A stretch of DNA of 63,906 nucleotides, filler included, from Octopus bimaculoides (taxonomy: Eukaryota): the NCBI RefSeq assembly GCF_001194135.2. It is 5 parts of 5 records of this genome, joined end to end, with 100 filler letters (N's around TTAATTAATTAA, not from the genome) between each part and the next. Parts side by side here need not be neighbours in the genome. Positions count along the whole stretch, not along the records: positions 37,253 to 54,037 come from NC_068985.1; positions 54,138 to 61,002 come from NC_068983.1; positions 61,103 to 63,906 come from NC_069008.1; 2 more parts are not named here. One strand, given 5' to 3'. Made by a program: the position numbers and the translations under genes. Under the pieces are notes generated by a model, which ran no database searches, was not told the origin of the DNA, and was given only the letters and a program-made list of their open reading frames with translations. Shown in pieces: positions 51,584-63,906 of this stretch; within the stretch, counting starts at the first letter, position 1; each line of letters opens with the position of its first letter.

Positions 51584-52045
51584 TTTGTTTATGCGTGTGT
51601 GTTTGTGTATGTGCGGATATTTATATGTATATCTATCAACCCATAAGTGTGTGCGTGCGGTGTATGTCAATGTGTGTGTGTTTGTGTGTGTGTGTGCGGA
51701 CATGTATGCAAAGACGCAATACATGACCATAATGTTCTCAACCATCCGATTTTACTTTATGAGATTTTCAACTGGAAGCTGAAGGTCGATACATCAACCC
51801 AAGAAACTAGGCAGCGGGAAGACAAGAGAGGCACTCGTCAATGGTAATTCATACTTTTTAACCATAATCGCATGACTGCATCGATTTCTTCAGTAATCCA
51901 CAGTGAAGTTGGGCAGCTTCCATACATCTGTGCCTGCCAACTTCACAAGAAAGTTATACTGTCATCAGTATATATTTGAAATGCAGCGTAGCATATCATT
52001 TTCATATTCTACAATGCGGCTGTTCAGTATCATAATAATATAGTA

Positions 52046-52280
52046 TTGTGTTGGTGCATAATTATTGCGGCGTGTTTCCAACAAATTTCATTAAACCAAA
52101 CTGTAACAATATTTAACAAAAACATATTTTAATGACGGTTTGACCGTTGCCAAGGATATAAGAAGCATTAATTGAAGTGGATGTTGAATATGCTCCGAAA
52201 TAATCATTTAAAGATGTTTTTGTTTCATATTATTGTTTTTGTTGAAAAAAAAACCCCGCAATAATTATGCACCGACGCAA
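52046..52280. mobile_element. Mariner-derived MITE (235 bp, TA-flanked)
   Basis: TIRs TTGTGTTGGTGCATAATTATTGCGG and CCGCAATAATTATGCACCGACGCAA, with TA at 52044-45 and 52281-82. Confidence 0.88.
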
Positions 52281-52611
52281 TAGGAAGCGTAGGTCTTCGA
52301 TTACGATGGATAATTGAAAATGTGTACTCCTTGACAGAAATTGGAAAACAGCAGATAATGACTATGAAGCTAGACTAAGCGAAAGTGTATGATGAGGTAG
52401 AAATAAATGTTTTACGCATGTCAACAAGATTATGCAACATTACTTTCGTGCACGCTAACAAAAATCAATGATCCAATCAAAATTGAATTTTAAAAGTAAT
52501 CTTATATTTCTTAGTTCTCTCTACATATGCAGTCATCAAATGTGTTTTTATACCATCCGTAGAATTTCAACTGCCAATTGTTGTTATATCAACGTCATCC
52601 TAATCTTACTA

Positions 52612-52804
52612 TTGGGTTGTCCGGAGAGTTCGTGCCGATTTATAGAAACTTACCTTTCGACTTATTTGCTATCAAACCCCCTCAATTCTGGGAAGAGGGT
52701 ATTTTCAAGTTAAAGTAAAGATGGAGGGACATTCTGCAACAAAATGGTTCATATTTAGTTGATTAAAAATGTAACGGCAAGGCACGAACTTTCGGACAAC
52801 CCAA
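52612..52804 (+). mobile_element. Internally deleted derivative (193 bp) of the mariner family at 19685-20960
   Basis: Same TIRs (TTGGGTTGTCCGGA..) with TA on both sides. The interior joins the 5' leader to the transposase 3' end (CCTCAATTCTGGGAAGAGGGTATTTTCAAGTTAAAG). Confidence 0.9.
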
Positions 52805-52807
52805 TAT

Positions 52808-53136
52808 ATAGGTTTGGCTGAGTGGTATGATGTTTGATCCTACCATAAGGTTTTGGGTTCAGTCCCACTGCGTGGCATGTTGGACAAATTTGTTTTTTTT
52901 CTTATTTTTTATTGTAGTCCGATCACTATTAAAAGAGAATTTAGTACATGGAAAATGAAACGAAGCCTCTCGATATATAATAATAACAATAACAATTTCT
53001 TGAAGTAGATTCAACGGAAATATGCCGCAACTGCGGATGACGCCATGTTGCCCAAACTGTGCCAGTGCTCTACTCACACTAATCGTCATGTACCCATTAG
53101 TCCAAAATATTAAATATATATGTGTGGTGGAGTATT

Positions 53137-53174
<38 letters not shown>

Positions 53175-53335
53175 TAAGTCTGTTTTTCGCCTACCGACTC
53201 TTGATAAACCGTGTCAATGTATTTGCATCCCTGTTACTGAATAATATCAGACTTTGAAATGCATGTATCCCTGGCGTTTCGTCTGACTAAAATCATTTGA
53301 AGGTCGTGCCCCAGAATGGCCACAAATCGAAGATA
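52808..53335 (+). mobile_element. Highly diverged, interrupted SINE family B copy
   Basis: Head GGTTCAGTCCCACTGCGTGGCA at 52856-52877, and tail-like GACTAAA..GTGCCCCAGAATGGCCAC at about 53285-53322. Confidence 0.6.
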
Positions 53336-54137
53336 CAAGGTGTAATACACCCCTACATTGTACGAGATAATACAAAGTACAAAATCCATCTTGTTTAACA
53401 TGTAATAGTAATTTAAAAACGAAATGCCTCTTTTCTCAAAATAACCAGATTTTGACATGGAATAAAATATTTGCGCAGTGATTACAAAAGGATAAATAAC
53501 ATCTGAATTTGAAATTATCTACCATCGCTCGCCATAGAAGAAACTAATTCTCTAATTGTTGAGAGGCTAACGAGTGCGAATGCGTCTTTAAATATTAAAA
53601 TTCTGTTAAATTTTAATATTACTTGCTGCTGGAGAGCGTCAGGTGAAAAGAACGTAAATGCTGGAACACAATTTCATTGTTATGTGAAATAGTTGCCAGG
53701 TAATTTATTTAGGATTGAATCATTTTCTGACAGTATAATATTTCCAGATCCCATTATCACGGATAAAATATCGAATTTCGAAATTCTCTCTGGTTTCCAA
53801 TTATCAAATATGAAAGGAACAAATATCGAAATTGAAAAACACGTACATATATGCATATACGTATATATAGTATGTATATACATGTATATATATATATATA
53901 TATATACATATGCTTGAAGGCATATATATATATATATATATATGCCTGTCTGTATAGGTATACTGGTGCGTATGAATATGCATATCTGTATATATATATA
54001 AATGTATATATAAATATGTATATATACATATATATATNNNNNNNNNNNNNNNNNNNNNNNNNNNNNNNNNNNNNNNNNNNNTTAATTAATTAANNNNNNN
54101 NNNNNNNNNNNNNNNNNNNNNNNNNNNNNNNNNNNNN

Positions 54138-54433
54138 ACAAACCTCACCCAGCTATTCTGATTATATGTCTGTGCACACGTTTGAATGTGGTGTGTGCCA
54201 GAGGGTTTGCAAATCCAATGGGGGTCTTAAAAGACATGTTAGGATCCACAATGAGCAGAACTTACTTGCAGGTATTGGTAGTGCAAATCAGAGGTGCAAT
54301 CTGTGTGGGTGTTTTTTTCAAAACACTGTCTGGTTTAAAAAGCCACATCAGACGCCATGAAAGGGCTAAGGTGTAGGTGCAGGAGGTGGTCAAACTCTGT
54401 TTAAGGAGTAGACAACCACCATGTATGTATGTA
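54138..54433 (+). mobile_element. 3' end of a LINE (RTE-like) encoding two C2H2 zinc fingers, with a (TATG)n tail
   Basis: CGVCQRVCKSNGGLKRHVRIH and CNLCGC/FKTLSGLKSHIRRH (frameshift in a T run). There is no TGEKP linker; a short 3' UTR ends in ATGTATGTATGTA. Confidence 0.65.
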
Positions 54434-54609
54434 CAGTAATCCCTCGCCATATTACAGTTCACCTTTCGCGGTTTATTTTTCGCGGTTTATTTTTCGCGGT
54501 TTATTATTTAAGCTTATGTTGATTCCTCCGTACTGATTCTCCTTCCCAGATTTCCACCAATCGCAGGAAGTTTCGGAACGTAACACCCGCGATATTCGAG
54601 GGATTACTG
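54434..54609. mobile_element. Tigger/pogo-like MITE (176 bp, TA-flanked)
   Basis: Perfect TIR CAGTAATCCCTCG / CGAGGGATTACTG, with TA at 54432-33 and 54610-11. It contains an internal TTTCGCGGTTTATT triplication. Confidence 0.88.
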
Positions 54610-54619
54610 TACGCATTTT

Positions 54620-55000
54620 ATAATGATTCAATGCGGTTTCAGATACTCCCGGACTGTCTATTGCTAAGAATATAATTCAATTTGTCTAAATGCTGATCAC
54701 TTAGAAAACCCCAGTTGTTTTGATACTTTTTGTTCCATAGTTTTATTTTGTCTTCCCTCAACTCCTGTTCACTTATTCACACTTCGTTCAATAGTTGTCC
54801 AACACCAGCATGAGATAGCCTCGAAGCAGTCGATTGTCATAACAACGATTCACGGACCGTTTCAATATCGTCCACATCAGATGTCATCACTGCCAGTGAC
54901 GTTTGTGTTAATCGATAACATTTGAAGAGTAATCTCTTTTCACGAAGCTATATTTAGATCTTCAAGTGTGGATCAGCGAATATTTGCGAAAAGTATTTCA
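54620..55000 (-). pseudogene. Possible highly decayed Tc1/mariner-type transposase N-terminus
   Basis: One minus-strand frame with scattered stops reads TSDVDDIETVRESLL*QSTASRLS..KIKLWNKKYQ..LSDQHLDK, loosely like the HTH/linker region of Tc1-type transposases. Confidence 0.25.
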
Positions 55001-56020
55001 TTCTTATTGAAGAAGAATCTAAATATATTTACTGATATTACTTATATTCATAATCAGTATGGTGGAAACCAACCATATGTTACTTATTAATATCCATTTA
55101 TCAACAACCAAATATCAAACTTCACAGTTTTTTTTTACTCTATAACGTTTTATGTCTGTTGTGACAGAGAGAGATAATAACCAAGCTGACAAAACCGGTT
55201 AAGTGTCTCAGTTTTAGGAAGGACGCTTATCTGCAGCTGATATTTGCTACATTTCACACAACACATTAACCTCCTTGTTTAAGTCTCTTCAACAGACTCA
55301 CTCTCTCTATAGTTTGATGATGTTTACAATAAACAATTTGTTTCCTCTCAAGTGTATTATATTCTGACACAAAGCCCTTTCTAAACACTTCATCTCTTTT
55401 ATGCAGTCATTATTTCTCTTTCTCACATTTCCTATTCTTCTTTTCCTGATTTTTTTGTTTTTATGAAGCGCTAACATCCAATACGCTTAAACTATCTCTG
55501 TAGTGCTAAACTAACACCATATTTGCAAACTCTGTTCTGCTTGTGTCGTCGCATTTTTTCTGTACACCATAACAATGTATTTTTACACTTAATTTAAGTT
55601 TAATCAATAATTCTAGGTTCCATTATGAAACCAAATTTAAAAATAAATCTAATATTGGTTCTACTCATCAGATTGTTACGGCTTCAAGAATATTTGATCA
55701 ACAGTTTTAACTAATTAATAATTCGTCTAACACATATTGATGATGATATTAACTTTAAAGATCTGTTCTAAATATGGAATTGTTGATTATTTCTGGTGGG
55801 TAGAAATGGCTGACGTACTAATTGATGAAACTGAGGGAAGGGAAAATAAGGAACTTGTAATTTGTAGCGAGTAGAAGAGTGATCTGCCAATCGTTTAGAA
55901 GGCCTCGCTTCCATGCAGTCCAATATATTTGTACATGCAACAGACGAAACCGGAAATATAAACCTTGCTTTAATTTGATCCGCATTTCTAACTTGTAGAA
56001 AGCTAGCATTAGCTATTTTA

Positions 56021-57310
56021 TTGGGTTCGCAACTAAGTTCCCGTCTTTTTTTTTAATTTAAATTTTTTAAAAGGTTTAATAAAAAATGACAGCTAATTAA
56101 TCAATAATGTATTCACCCTTGTTGTTTACAGCTTCTTCCCAACGTTCAACAAGATTTTCAATACCTCGTTGGTAGAAATCACCCGATTTCGACTCGAAAA
56201 ATTGATCCAACCAATCTCTCAATTCTGCACCAGTATTGAACGAAACTCCGCGCATTTGAAAGAGATCGAAAGAGGTGGAAATCCATTGGTGCCAAATCAG
56301 GAGAGTTCGGCGGGTGTGGCAGCATTTCCCAGCCATGCGTTTGAATGACTTCTTTGGTCATATTGGCGATATGAGGGCGGGCATCGTCGGGCAGCAGAAA
56401 AACTCCATGCTGTCGATTAGGTCTTTTCTCTTGAATAGCCGTATTGAGTCGTTCCATCTGCTGAACATAGAGTTCCGCGTTGACAGTTTGGTTCCGTTCA
56501 AGCAATTCGTAATGGATAATCCCTTCCCAGTCCCACCATACGCACAACATCGTTTTACGCGGATGAAGATCTTGTTTCACGTGCGGTGTCACTTTTTACC
56601 GGGGCTAAGCCATTCCTTACGCTGCTTCATATTGATGTACAGGCACCATTTTTCGTTGCCAGTAACGATTCGGTAAAGTAATCGTTGCTTGTGTCCATGA
56701 GTTGAGCCGTAACGAGCAAGCAAACAAGCGGAGATTGTGGCTCGTTGATTTTTGTTGTTGTCACTTAAAACATGCAGAACCCATGCTCCATACTTCTGAA
56801 CCTTTCACATCGAGTGAAGATGCTTCTCTATAGCAGTGTGGGAGCATTCCATTTTCTCTGCCAGTTCCCTTGTCGTTTGACGAGAATTTTCGTGCAAAAG
56901 TTGGTTTAGTCGCTCTTTATCGAACTCAACTGGACGGCCAGAACGTGGTGCGTCTTTGAGGTCAAAATTTCCGTTTTTGAACTTGGCATACCAATCACGA
57001 GTGGTTCTTTCAGCTATGGCACCCTCTCCATACACAACACAAATGTCGCGAGCAGCTTTTGCGGCCTTAGAACCTTGATTAAAAGCAAAATGAAGGAGGT
57101 CTCGAAAATGCTCGTTTTTCTTAACTTGACATTCCATTTTAATGATCTGAAAATAAGCAAAAATTAACTAAAATTAACTAGAAAAAAAAAAGAAAAAAAG
57201 ATTCCAAAATGATTCAAGAATAGAATTCTCGAAAAAAATAGATTCCAAAATTTAAAACGCAATAAATTCCAGAATTTAAAAAAGCAGCGGGAACTTAGTT
57301 GCCAACGCAA
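56021..57310 (-). mobile_element. Full-length degenerate mariner transposon (1290 bp, TA-flanked)
   Basis: TIRs TTGGGTTCGCAACTAAGTTCCCG and CGGGAACTTAGTTGCCAACGCAA, with TA at 56019-20 and 57311-12. The broken transposase has EHFRDLLHFAFNQG, PRSGRP, VTGNEKW, HPRKTMLCVWWD, LLPDDAR and SPDLAPMDFHLFRSL. Confidence 0.96.
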
Positions 57311-57989
57311 TATTATCGCACTTTGTATTGTAATATCGAACTGTTACGTTTTGTGTTAAATAACGTTAGCAATATTGTTTCCTCTATGTTGTTGGTGTTG
57401 TATTGTTTTTATCATCTTCAATAACTATTTACTAGGATTGTAAGAAGGCAACAAGAAATATCAATTATAGGACAACAAAAATATCTAATAAGAACGTTAG
57501 AAACCTAATACAACGAAGAGCTGTAAATCATATACAAAATGTATGTCTGTTTTCAGTCTTGTAGGAGACCAATAAATACGGTGGTTAAAATAACTGTTGC
57601 CAGGAAAGAAACAAGGAAAAAAGAAATTGAAAAAAAAAAAAAAAATTGAAAAATAAAAAAATAAAAGAAACAAAGCAGAAGAAAGACGAAACACTAAGCT
57701 GAAACTTTAACGCTAAAGCAATGATATAAGAATTCTGTACTTGAATAAAATGTAAAAGGTACAAGGAAAAGTGAAATTGATAAAGGAAAATCAATAGATT
57801 GGCCGAAAAACACAGGACTGGCTGAGACTAAAGAATTTTTGAGTAGAGCACATGACATATTTCTACAAAATATATGGAATGAAGCTGAAAACAGTAATTG
57901 CAAAATAAGTGGAAGAATCAACTAAAAACCATTGTGTTTGCACAGAATATATAAGCAGGCTTAACAGAATTAGGGGCTAGATTTTCTTT

Positions 57990-58180
57990 GGTTTCAAATT
58001 TTAGCACAGGTCCAGAAAATTCGGGGAAAGGGGCAAGTCGATTGCATCGACCCCATGTTCAACTGGAACTTCTTTTATAGACCCCGAAAGGATGAAAGGC
58101 AAAATCGACCTCGGCGGAATTTGAACTCAGAACACAAAGACGGACGAAATGCTGCTAACGATTCTGAAAACTCGCCATCT
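57990..58180 (-). mobile_element. SINE family A copy 9
   Basis: Family A head, B box and core GGATGAAAGGCAAAATCGACCTCGGCGGAATTTGAACTC. Confidence 0.9.
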
Positions 58181-58199
58181 TGGGGCTTTCTTATACATT

Positions 58200-58745
58200 C
58201 ATAGAATGTTGGTCGAATTCCAGCCACGTTTCGTGGTTCGCTACCTCAATAGCTCCTTTATAGGATCCAGTGACTAATGAGATCATTAGGAGAAACCACG
58301 TCCGGTTTCGGCCCCTACCCCTCAACCGTTTTCGACGTGGCGTCCTCCCCCATCCTCGCTTTCGGAGGTTTCTTCAGCTCTGGAGTTGACTGCGTTTTTC
58401 TCTTTTATCTTTGGCCTTTTGTTCTTTGCTTTCTTCGATGCAGCGTCAACTAAATTCAGCGGGTGGTTGACTACCCTGTCAAATTTCTCTCTAACTACTT
58501 GCCGGTAGGATCCAGCAGCCAGCACCAGCTGACTATCACATGACACAATCTAAGCTTCAACTGACCAATTGTGGGGCCCACGCCATCTCTTGACCTACCT
58601 TCCAACAGATTCGTGTTAGTTTCAGCTCCAGCAGCCAGAGTCGACTAGCTGTCTGATGGCACCAGCCTTCGAACTATCGGGGAGGAGGGGGCGCAATGAA
58701 CGAGATGGTTCCCTTGGTCCAAAGATACATTAGAAAAGGTCCAGG
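58200..58745. repeat. Unclassified GC-richer interspersed repeat, copy 2
   Basis: Homologous to 21060-21438. A minus-strand frame gives a lysine-rich low-complexity peptide with stops. Confidence 0.75.
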
Positions 58746-59630
58746 TAAATAACAGAGCATTCCGAATATATGCCTAGCTATAAAGACTAAGTGGAAGGGT
58801 TGTATCCTTTTGCGGCATAACACTACCTGGTCTTTTTTTCTTTGAACGTATCCGTCCTATGTTGAGGAAAAAAAAATTGTGTGATAGATGGTGTGTAGCA
58901 GCGTTAGAAAATTAATCTCGAAGCCACTAACATTTACGCTCAGCATCATATATGTGTGTATATTTGTATGTATATGTGCGTGTATGCATGTGCGCGCGTT
59001 TGTGTGTGTGCGTTGTGTGTGTGTATGTGTGTGCGTGTGTACGTGTATGTATGTGTGCGTGCGTGTTTTGAAAGAAAGCGAGAGAGAGAAAAAGAGAGAG
59101 ATTGAGAAAGAGAGAGATTGAGAAAGAGAGAGAGAGAGAGGGGGAGAGTTGTACTTTTGTAAAGGCCACATTCATAACCATGGATACGACAAAACGGAAT
59201 GCTTCTATACTGATAGACACGTGATCATAAGATGAGCGGAGAAATGGTGACGAAGGAAATGAAAGGCTGTGTGTGTTGGAAGTGTTTTGAAAAGAAGTTA
59301 CATTGCCTTACAGAGAATTTTGGAATGTTAGCGAAGGGAAGGAGTCCTCGAGAATACAGAATAATTCTATGGTTGCTTTATGAAGATTAATCCTGTAGAT
59401 ATTGTAATATTTTATATTTTCGGTTCATTGTTACGAGGTATACATGCAAACACACACCGGTGCGCACACAAACACATGGACATACACACACACACACACG
59501 CACGCACACAGATTCACACACGCACACATACACAAGCACACACTTATACACATGCAGTCTCAGATAAACACCAGCATCACAAATACACACATACTCCTCC
59601 AAAGTCATTAGCATACACATGCAAAGACAT

Positions 59631-59689
<59 letters not shown>

Positions 59690-60323
59690 TATTGTTGCGG
59701 TTTCAGAGAATTTCATCTACAACAGACAAGTGACATGTGTCTCCCCACCAGAAATGTAACCTAAATTCTTTATTTTTCTCTCAATTCCTGCCGTTTTCTC
59801 TCTACTTGTTCTTCAGTGAATTACTTAGCATCACTTCCNNNNNNNNNNNNNNNNNNNNNNNNNNNNNNNNNNNNNNNNNNNNNNNNNNNNNNNNNNNNNN
59901 NNNNNNNNNNNNNNNNNNNNNNNNNNNNNNNNNNNNNNNNNNNNNNNNNNNNNNNNNNNNNNNNNNNNNNNNNNNNNNNNNNNNNNNNNNNNNNNNNNNN
60001 NNNNNNNNNNNNNNNNNNNNNNNNNNNNNNNNNNNNNNNNNNNNNNNNNNNNNNNNNNNNNNNNNNNNNNNNNNNNNNNNNNNNNNNNNNNNNNNNNNNN
60101 NNNNNNNNNNNNNNNNNNNNNNNNNNNNNNNNNNNNNNNNNNNNNNNNNATATAAATACATATATATACAAGTACATGTATATATATATATAGATCATTA
60201 CACATATCTATATTTACATATGTATCTATATGTTTAAATAGATTTATGTATATATAGGACTATACACATACACATACACATAGACACATGTATATCCGTA
60301 TGCGTGTTTGTGTATGAGTGAGA

Positions 60324-60377
<54 letters not shown>

Positions 60378-60696
60378 TAAAAGCTATTCCGTTGATCAAA
60401 TCCGCGTGTCATTAAAATCTCCGCATGAAAGCTCCATCAACAACTTGTTCAAGATTATAGCTGTTCTTATTTGCCATTTTTCTTGATCTCCCAAGATTTC
60501 AGTTTACCATTTTATACATCTAGCAGCAGCAATCCAGTTAATCAATATGATTCTATTAATTTACTTTCCACAAAAGAATATGTTTCAAATATATTTTGAA
60601 TTATATGAACGAAAAATGTTTTTAAATTGAAATTGAATGTCATTATGTGAAAAGATTCATGTCTTCGTTAACTAGCTATTGTATACACTTCAGGGC

Positions 60697-60728
<32 letters not shown>

Positions 60729-61102
60729 CATACATACATACATACGGACATACATACATACACACAAATGTATTCATATACATATATGCATACACATCCA
60801 CATATATACATATGTATATACGTGTATACATACATATATTTACATATATACAATATAAACACATGTATAAACTCAGACACACACACACACATACATACAT
60901 ACAGTTATCTCTAAATTACAAAAGAGTAGCTTCAATTTAGAGTTGAGGAATGTTCTTTCTCTATTGTGGAGGAAGTTGAAAAATAAAACTAGAAAATAAC
61001 ATNNNNNNNNNNNNNNNNNNNNNNNNNNNNNNNNNNNNNNNNNNNNTTAATTAATTAANNNNNNNNNNNNNNNNNNNNNNNNNNNNNNNNNNNNNNNNNN
61101 NN

Positions 61103-61140
<38 letters not shown>

Positions 61141-61405
61141 ATCACACACACACACACACACACATATGTATATTCATATATAAACCCTAGGTTACACATC
61201 AGAATACATACTTTTATGCATAAATAGATAAAAATATAAAAAGAAACCATAATACGCATGCGTGAATACGTACATATGGACATATATAAGCAGGTATACA
61301 CACGTGTGTGTGTGTGTATAATAAAATTTGAATATAAGTATAAAACATACATTTCTATGTTTATGCTTATAAACCAGTATGAATGTATGTGTTTATACAT
61401 ATATG

Positions 61406-61517
<112 letters not shown>

Positions 61518-63254
61518 TGTGTGTGTAAACCAGCTTTTGCAGTCTGGCACCTCGCCCTCACCCTCTTATAGCACAGGAATGATGAATGTTAATTAATCTT
61601 CTAAGTTAATCACTCTTTCTGTAAAACCGTTGTATATACGTACATATATATGCGTGTATGTCTGCTTGTGTGTGTGTGTGTACATATATGTACATAAAAA
61701 AGCATACACACATGGAGACATGCGTACATACATACATACATACACCCATACACACGCATTCATTCATATATGTATATATGTATATGTATATATATATGTA
61801 TATGTATATATATATGTATACATATATATATANNNNNNNNNNNNNNNNNNNNNNNNNNNNNNNNNNNNNNNNNNNNNNNNNNNNNNNNNNNNNNNNNNNN
61901 NNNNNNNNNNNNNNNNNNNNNNNNNNNNNNNNNNNNNNNNNNNNNNNNNNNNNNNNNNNNNNNNNNNNNNNNNNNNNNNNNNNNNNNNNNNNNNNNNNNN
62001 NNNNNNNNNNNNNNNNNNNNNNNNNNNNNNNNNNNNNNNNNNNNNNNNNNNNNNNNNNNNNNNNNNNNNNNNNNNNNNNNNNNNNNNNNNNNNNNNNNNN
62101 NNNNNNNNNNNNNNNNNNNNNNNNNNNNNNNNNNNNNNNNNNNNNNNNNNNNNNNNNNNNNNNNNNNNNNNNNNNNNNNNNNNNNNNNNNNNNNNNNNNN
62201 NNNNNNNNNNNNNNNNNNNNNNNNNNNNNNNNNNNNNNNNNNNNNNNNNNNNNNNNNNNNNNNNNNNNNNNNNNNNNNNNNNNNNNNNNNNNNNNNNNNN
62301 NNNNNNNNNNNNNNNNNNNNNNNNNNNNNNNNNNNNNNNNNNNNNNNNNNNNNNNNNNNNNNNNNNNNNNNNNNNNNNNNNNNNNNNNNNNNNNNNNNNN
62401 NNNNNNNNNNNNNNNNNNNNNNNNNNNNNNNNNNNNNNNNNNNNNNNNNNNNNNNNNNNNNNNNNNNNNNNNNNNNNNNNNNNNNNNNNNNNNNNNNNNN
62501 NNNNNNNNNNNNNNNNNNNNNNNNNNNNNNNNNNNNNNNNNNNNNNNNNNNNNNNNNNNNNNNNNNNNNNNNNNNNNNNNNNNNNNNNNNNNNNNNNNNN
62601 NNNNNNNNNNNCATACATACATATATACATACACACACACATACATACATACTTACACACGTCCGTACGTACGTATGTATGTATGATGTATATATGTACG
62701 TGCGTACGTATGTATGTATGTATGTACGTACGTACATACATTCATACATACATACATAATACATACATACATAATACATACATACATACATAATACATAC
62801 ATACATACACCAATACACACGCGTATACACCGCTAACGCAAACATACAAAATGTCCGCCTTCCGAGTTAATTTGAAAATCTATTTTACACTTCGTTCGCC
62901 ATGTAAAATATAGAGAACAGCGTTCCGAAAGCAGAAGGAACTCGTTGATAAACGAGCTGCATATATAATTACGTCGCTAAAATGGCGTAAACAGTCTTAG
63001 TTTTCGATAGTGGACGTCCATCTAATTAGGATTTATTTTCAAGTCTCAAGATACTTCGTTATATATTTTTTTCTGTTTCTGCATTGCTTTTTTTTTCTGT
63101 TATATTTTTGCGGGGAGTTTATTTCTATGTTCGATTTGCACGAGGCCGCAGTCCGATGATTGGATTCTCTAAAAAAACACGCGCGCAAACAGTCATACGC
63201 AAATAGGCACACATGCTAAACTATATCTTTCGTTTACTTGATTCAATCATTAGA

Positions 63255-63655
63255 TTGCGACCATGCTGGGGCACCGTATGGGAGAATACCTTAGTCGAAT
63301 GAATCGAGCGCAGTGTTTATTTATTTTTTTAAGCGTGGTATTTATGCTGTCGGTCTCTTTTGCCAAACTGCTAAGTTACGGGTCGAAAACCCGCAAACAG
63401 CGGTTCTCAAGAGGTGGTAGTGGACAAACATAGACACAAAGACACACACACACACGCACACACGCACACAACCACACACACAAACACAACTCATATATAT
63501 ACGACGGGCTTCTTTCAGTTTCCGTCTACCAAAACCATTCACCAACTTTGGTCGAACTGAAGCTGTAGTACAAAACACTTGCCCAAGGTGCCACGCAGTG
63601 AGACCGAACTCGTAACCATTTGGTTAGGAAGCAAGTTACTTACCAAACTGTCATA
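63255..63655 (-). mobile_element. SINE family B, near full length
   Basis: ACTTGCCCAAGGTGCCACGCAGTG..TTACTTACCA head at high coordinates, central CGACGGGCTTCTTTCAGTTTCCGTCTACC, and tail CATGCTGGGGCACCG. Confidence 0.85.
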
Positions 63656-63664
63656 TACATACAT

Positions 63665-63802
63665 GCAGGAGCACCGCCTTTAGTCGTACAAATCGACCCC
63701 AGGACTTATTCTTTGTAAACCTAGTACTTATCCTATCGGTCTCTTTTGCCGAACTGCATGGTTACGGGGACGCAAACGCACCAACATCGGTGGTCAAGCG
63801 GT
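63665..63802 (-). mobile_element. SINE family B 3' fragment
   Basis: GGAGCACCGCCTTTAGTCG..GACCCCAGGACTTATTCTTTGTAAACCTAGTACTTA..GTTACGGGGACG. Confidence 0.85.
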
Positions 63803-63906
63803 TAGGCGTGATATGATCGCAGAAATTGTCTGGCAGCCATGGCTGGGTTCTCCTGGCATGGTGCAGAGTCCTGTTGGCAGAGATAGGGTCTTCCAGCAGC
63901 CCTCCT

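Overview
Repeat-saturated, gap-rich eukaryotic genomic DNA. It is most likely octopus; that is an inference from the SINE sequences and the very heavy di/tri/tetranucleotide microsatellite load. No intact, recognisable host protein-coding gene, rRNA, tRNA gene or CRISPR array is visible. The window holds decayed mariner/Tc1 transposons (two near-full-length copies with both TIRs and TA target duplications), several MITEs, a DINE/HINE-like element, and three tRNA-derived SINE families. It also holds fragments of R4/Dong-like, HERO-like, RTE-like and Penelope-like retroelements. The most interesting signal is RNA structure. Seven minimal hammerhead-ribozyme-like motifs of the Penelope-associated type are present (one a U3-A8 covariant with all stems intact, inside a long palindrome; several degenerate). 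In the 3' UTR of a HERO-like retrotransposon there is also a hammerhead whose three strands occur in a non-circularly permuted (pseudoknotted) order. A TE-poor island at about 38.3-47.3 kb carries weak candidate exons of unknown product. Most long ORFs in the supplied track are N-run or microsatellite artefacts, and several duplications next to gaps look like assembly artefacts.
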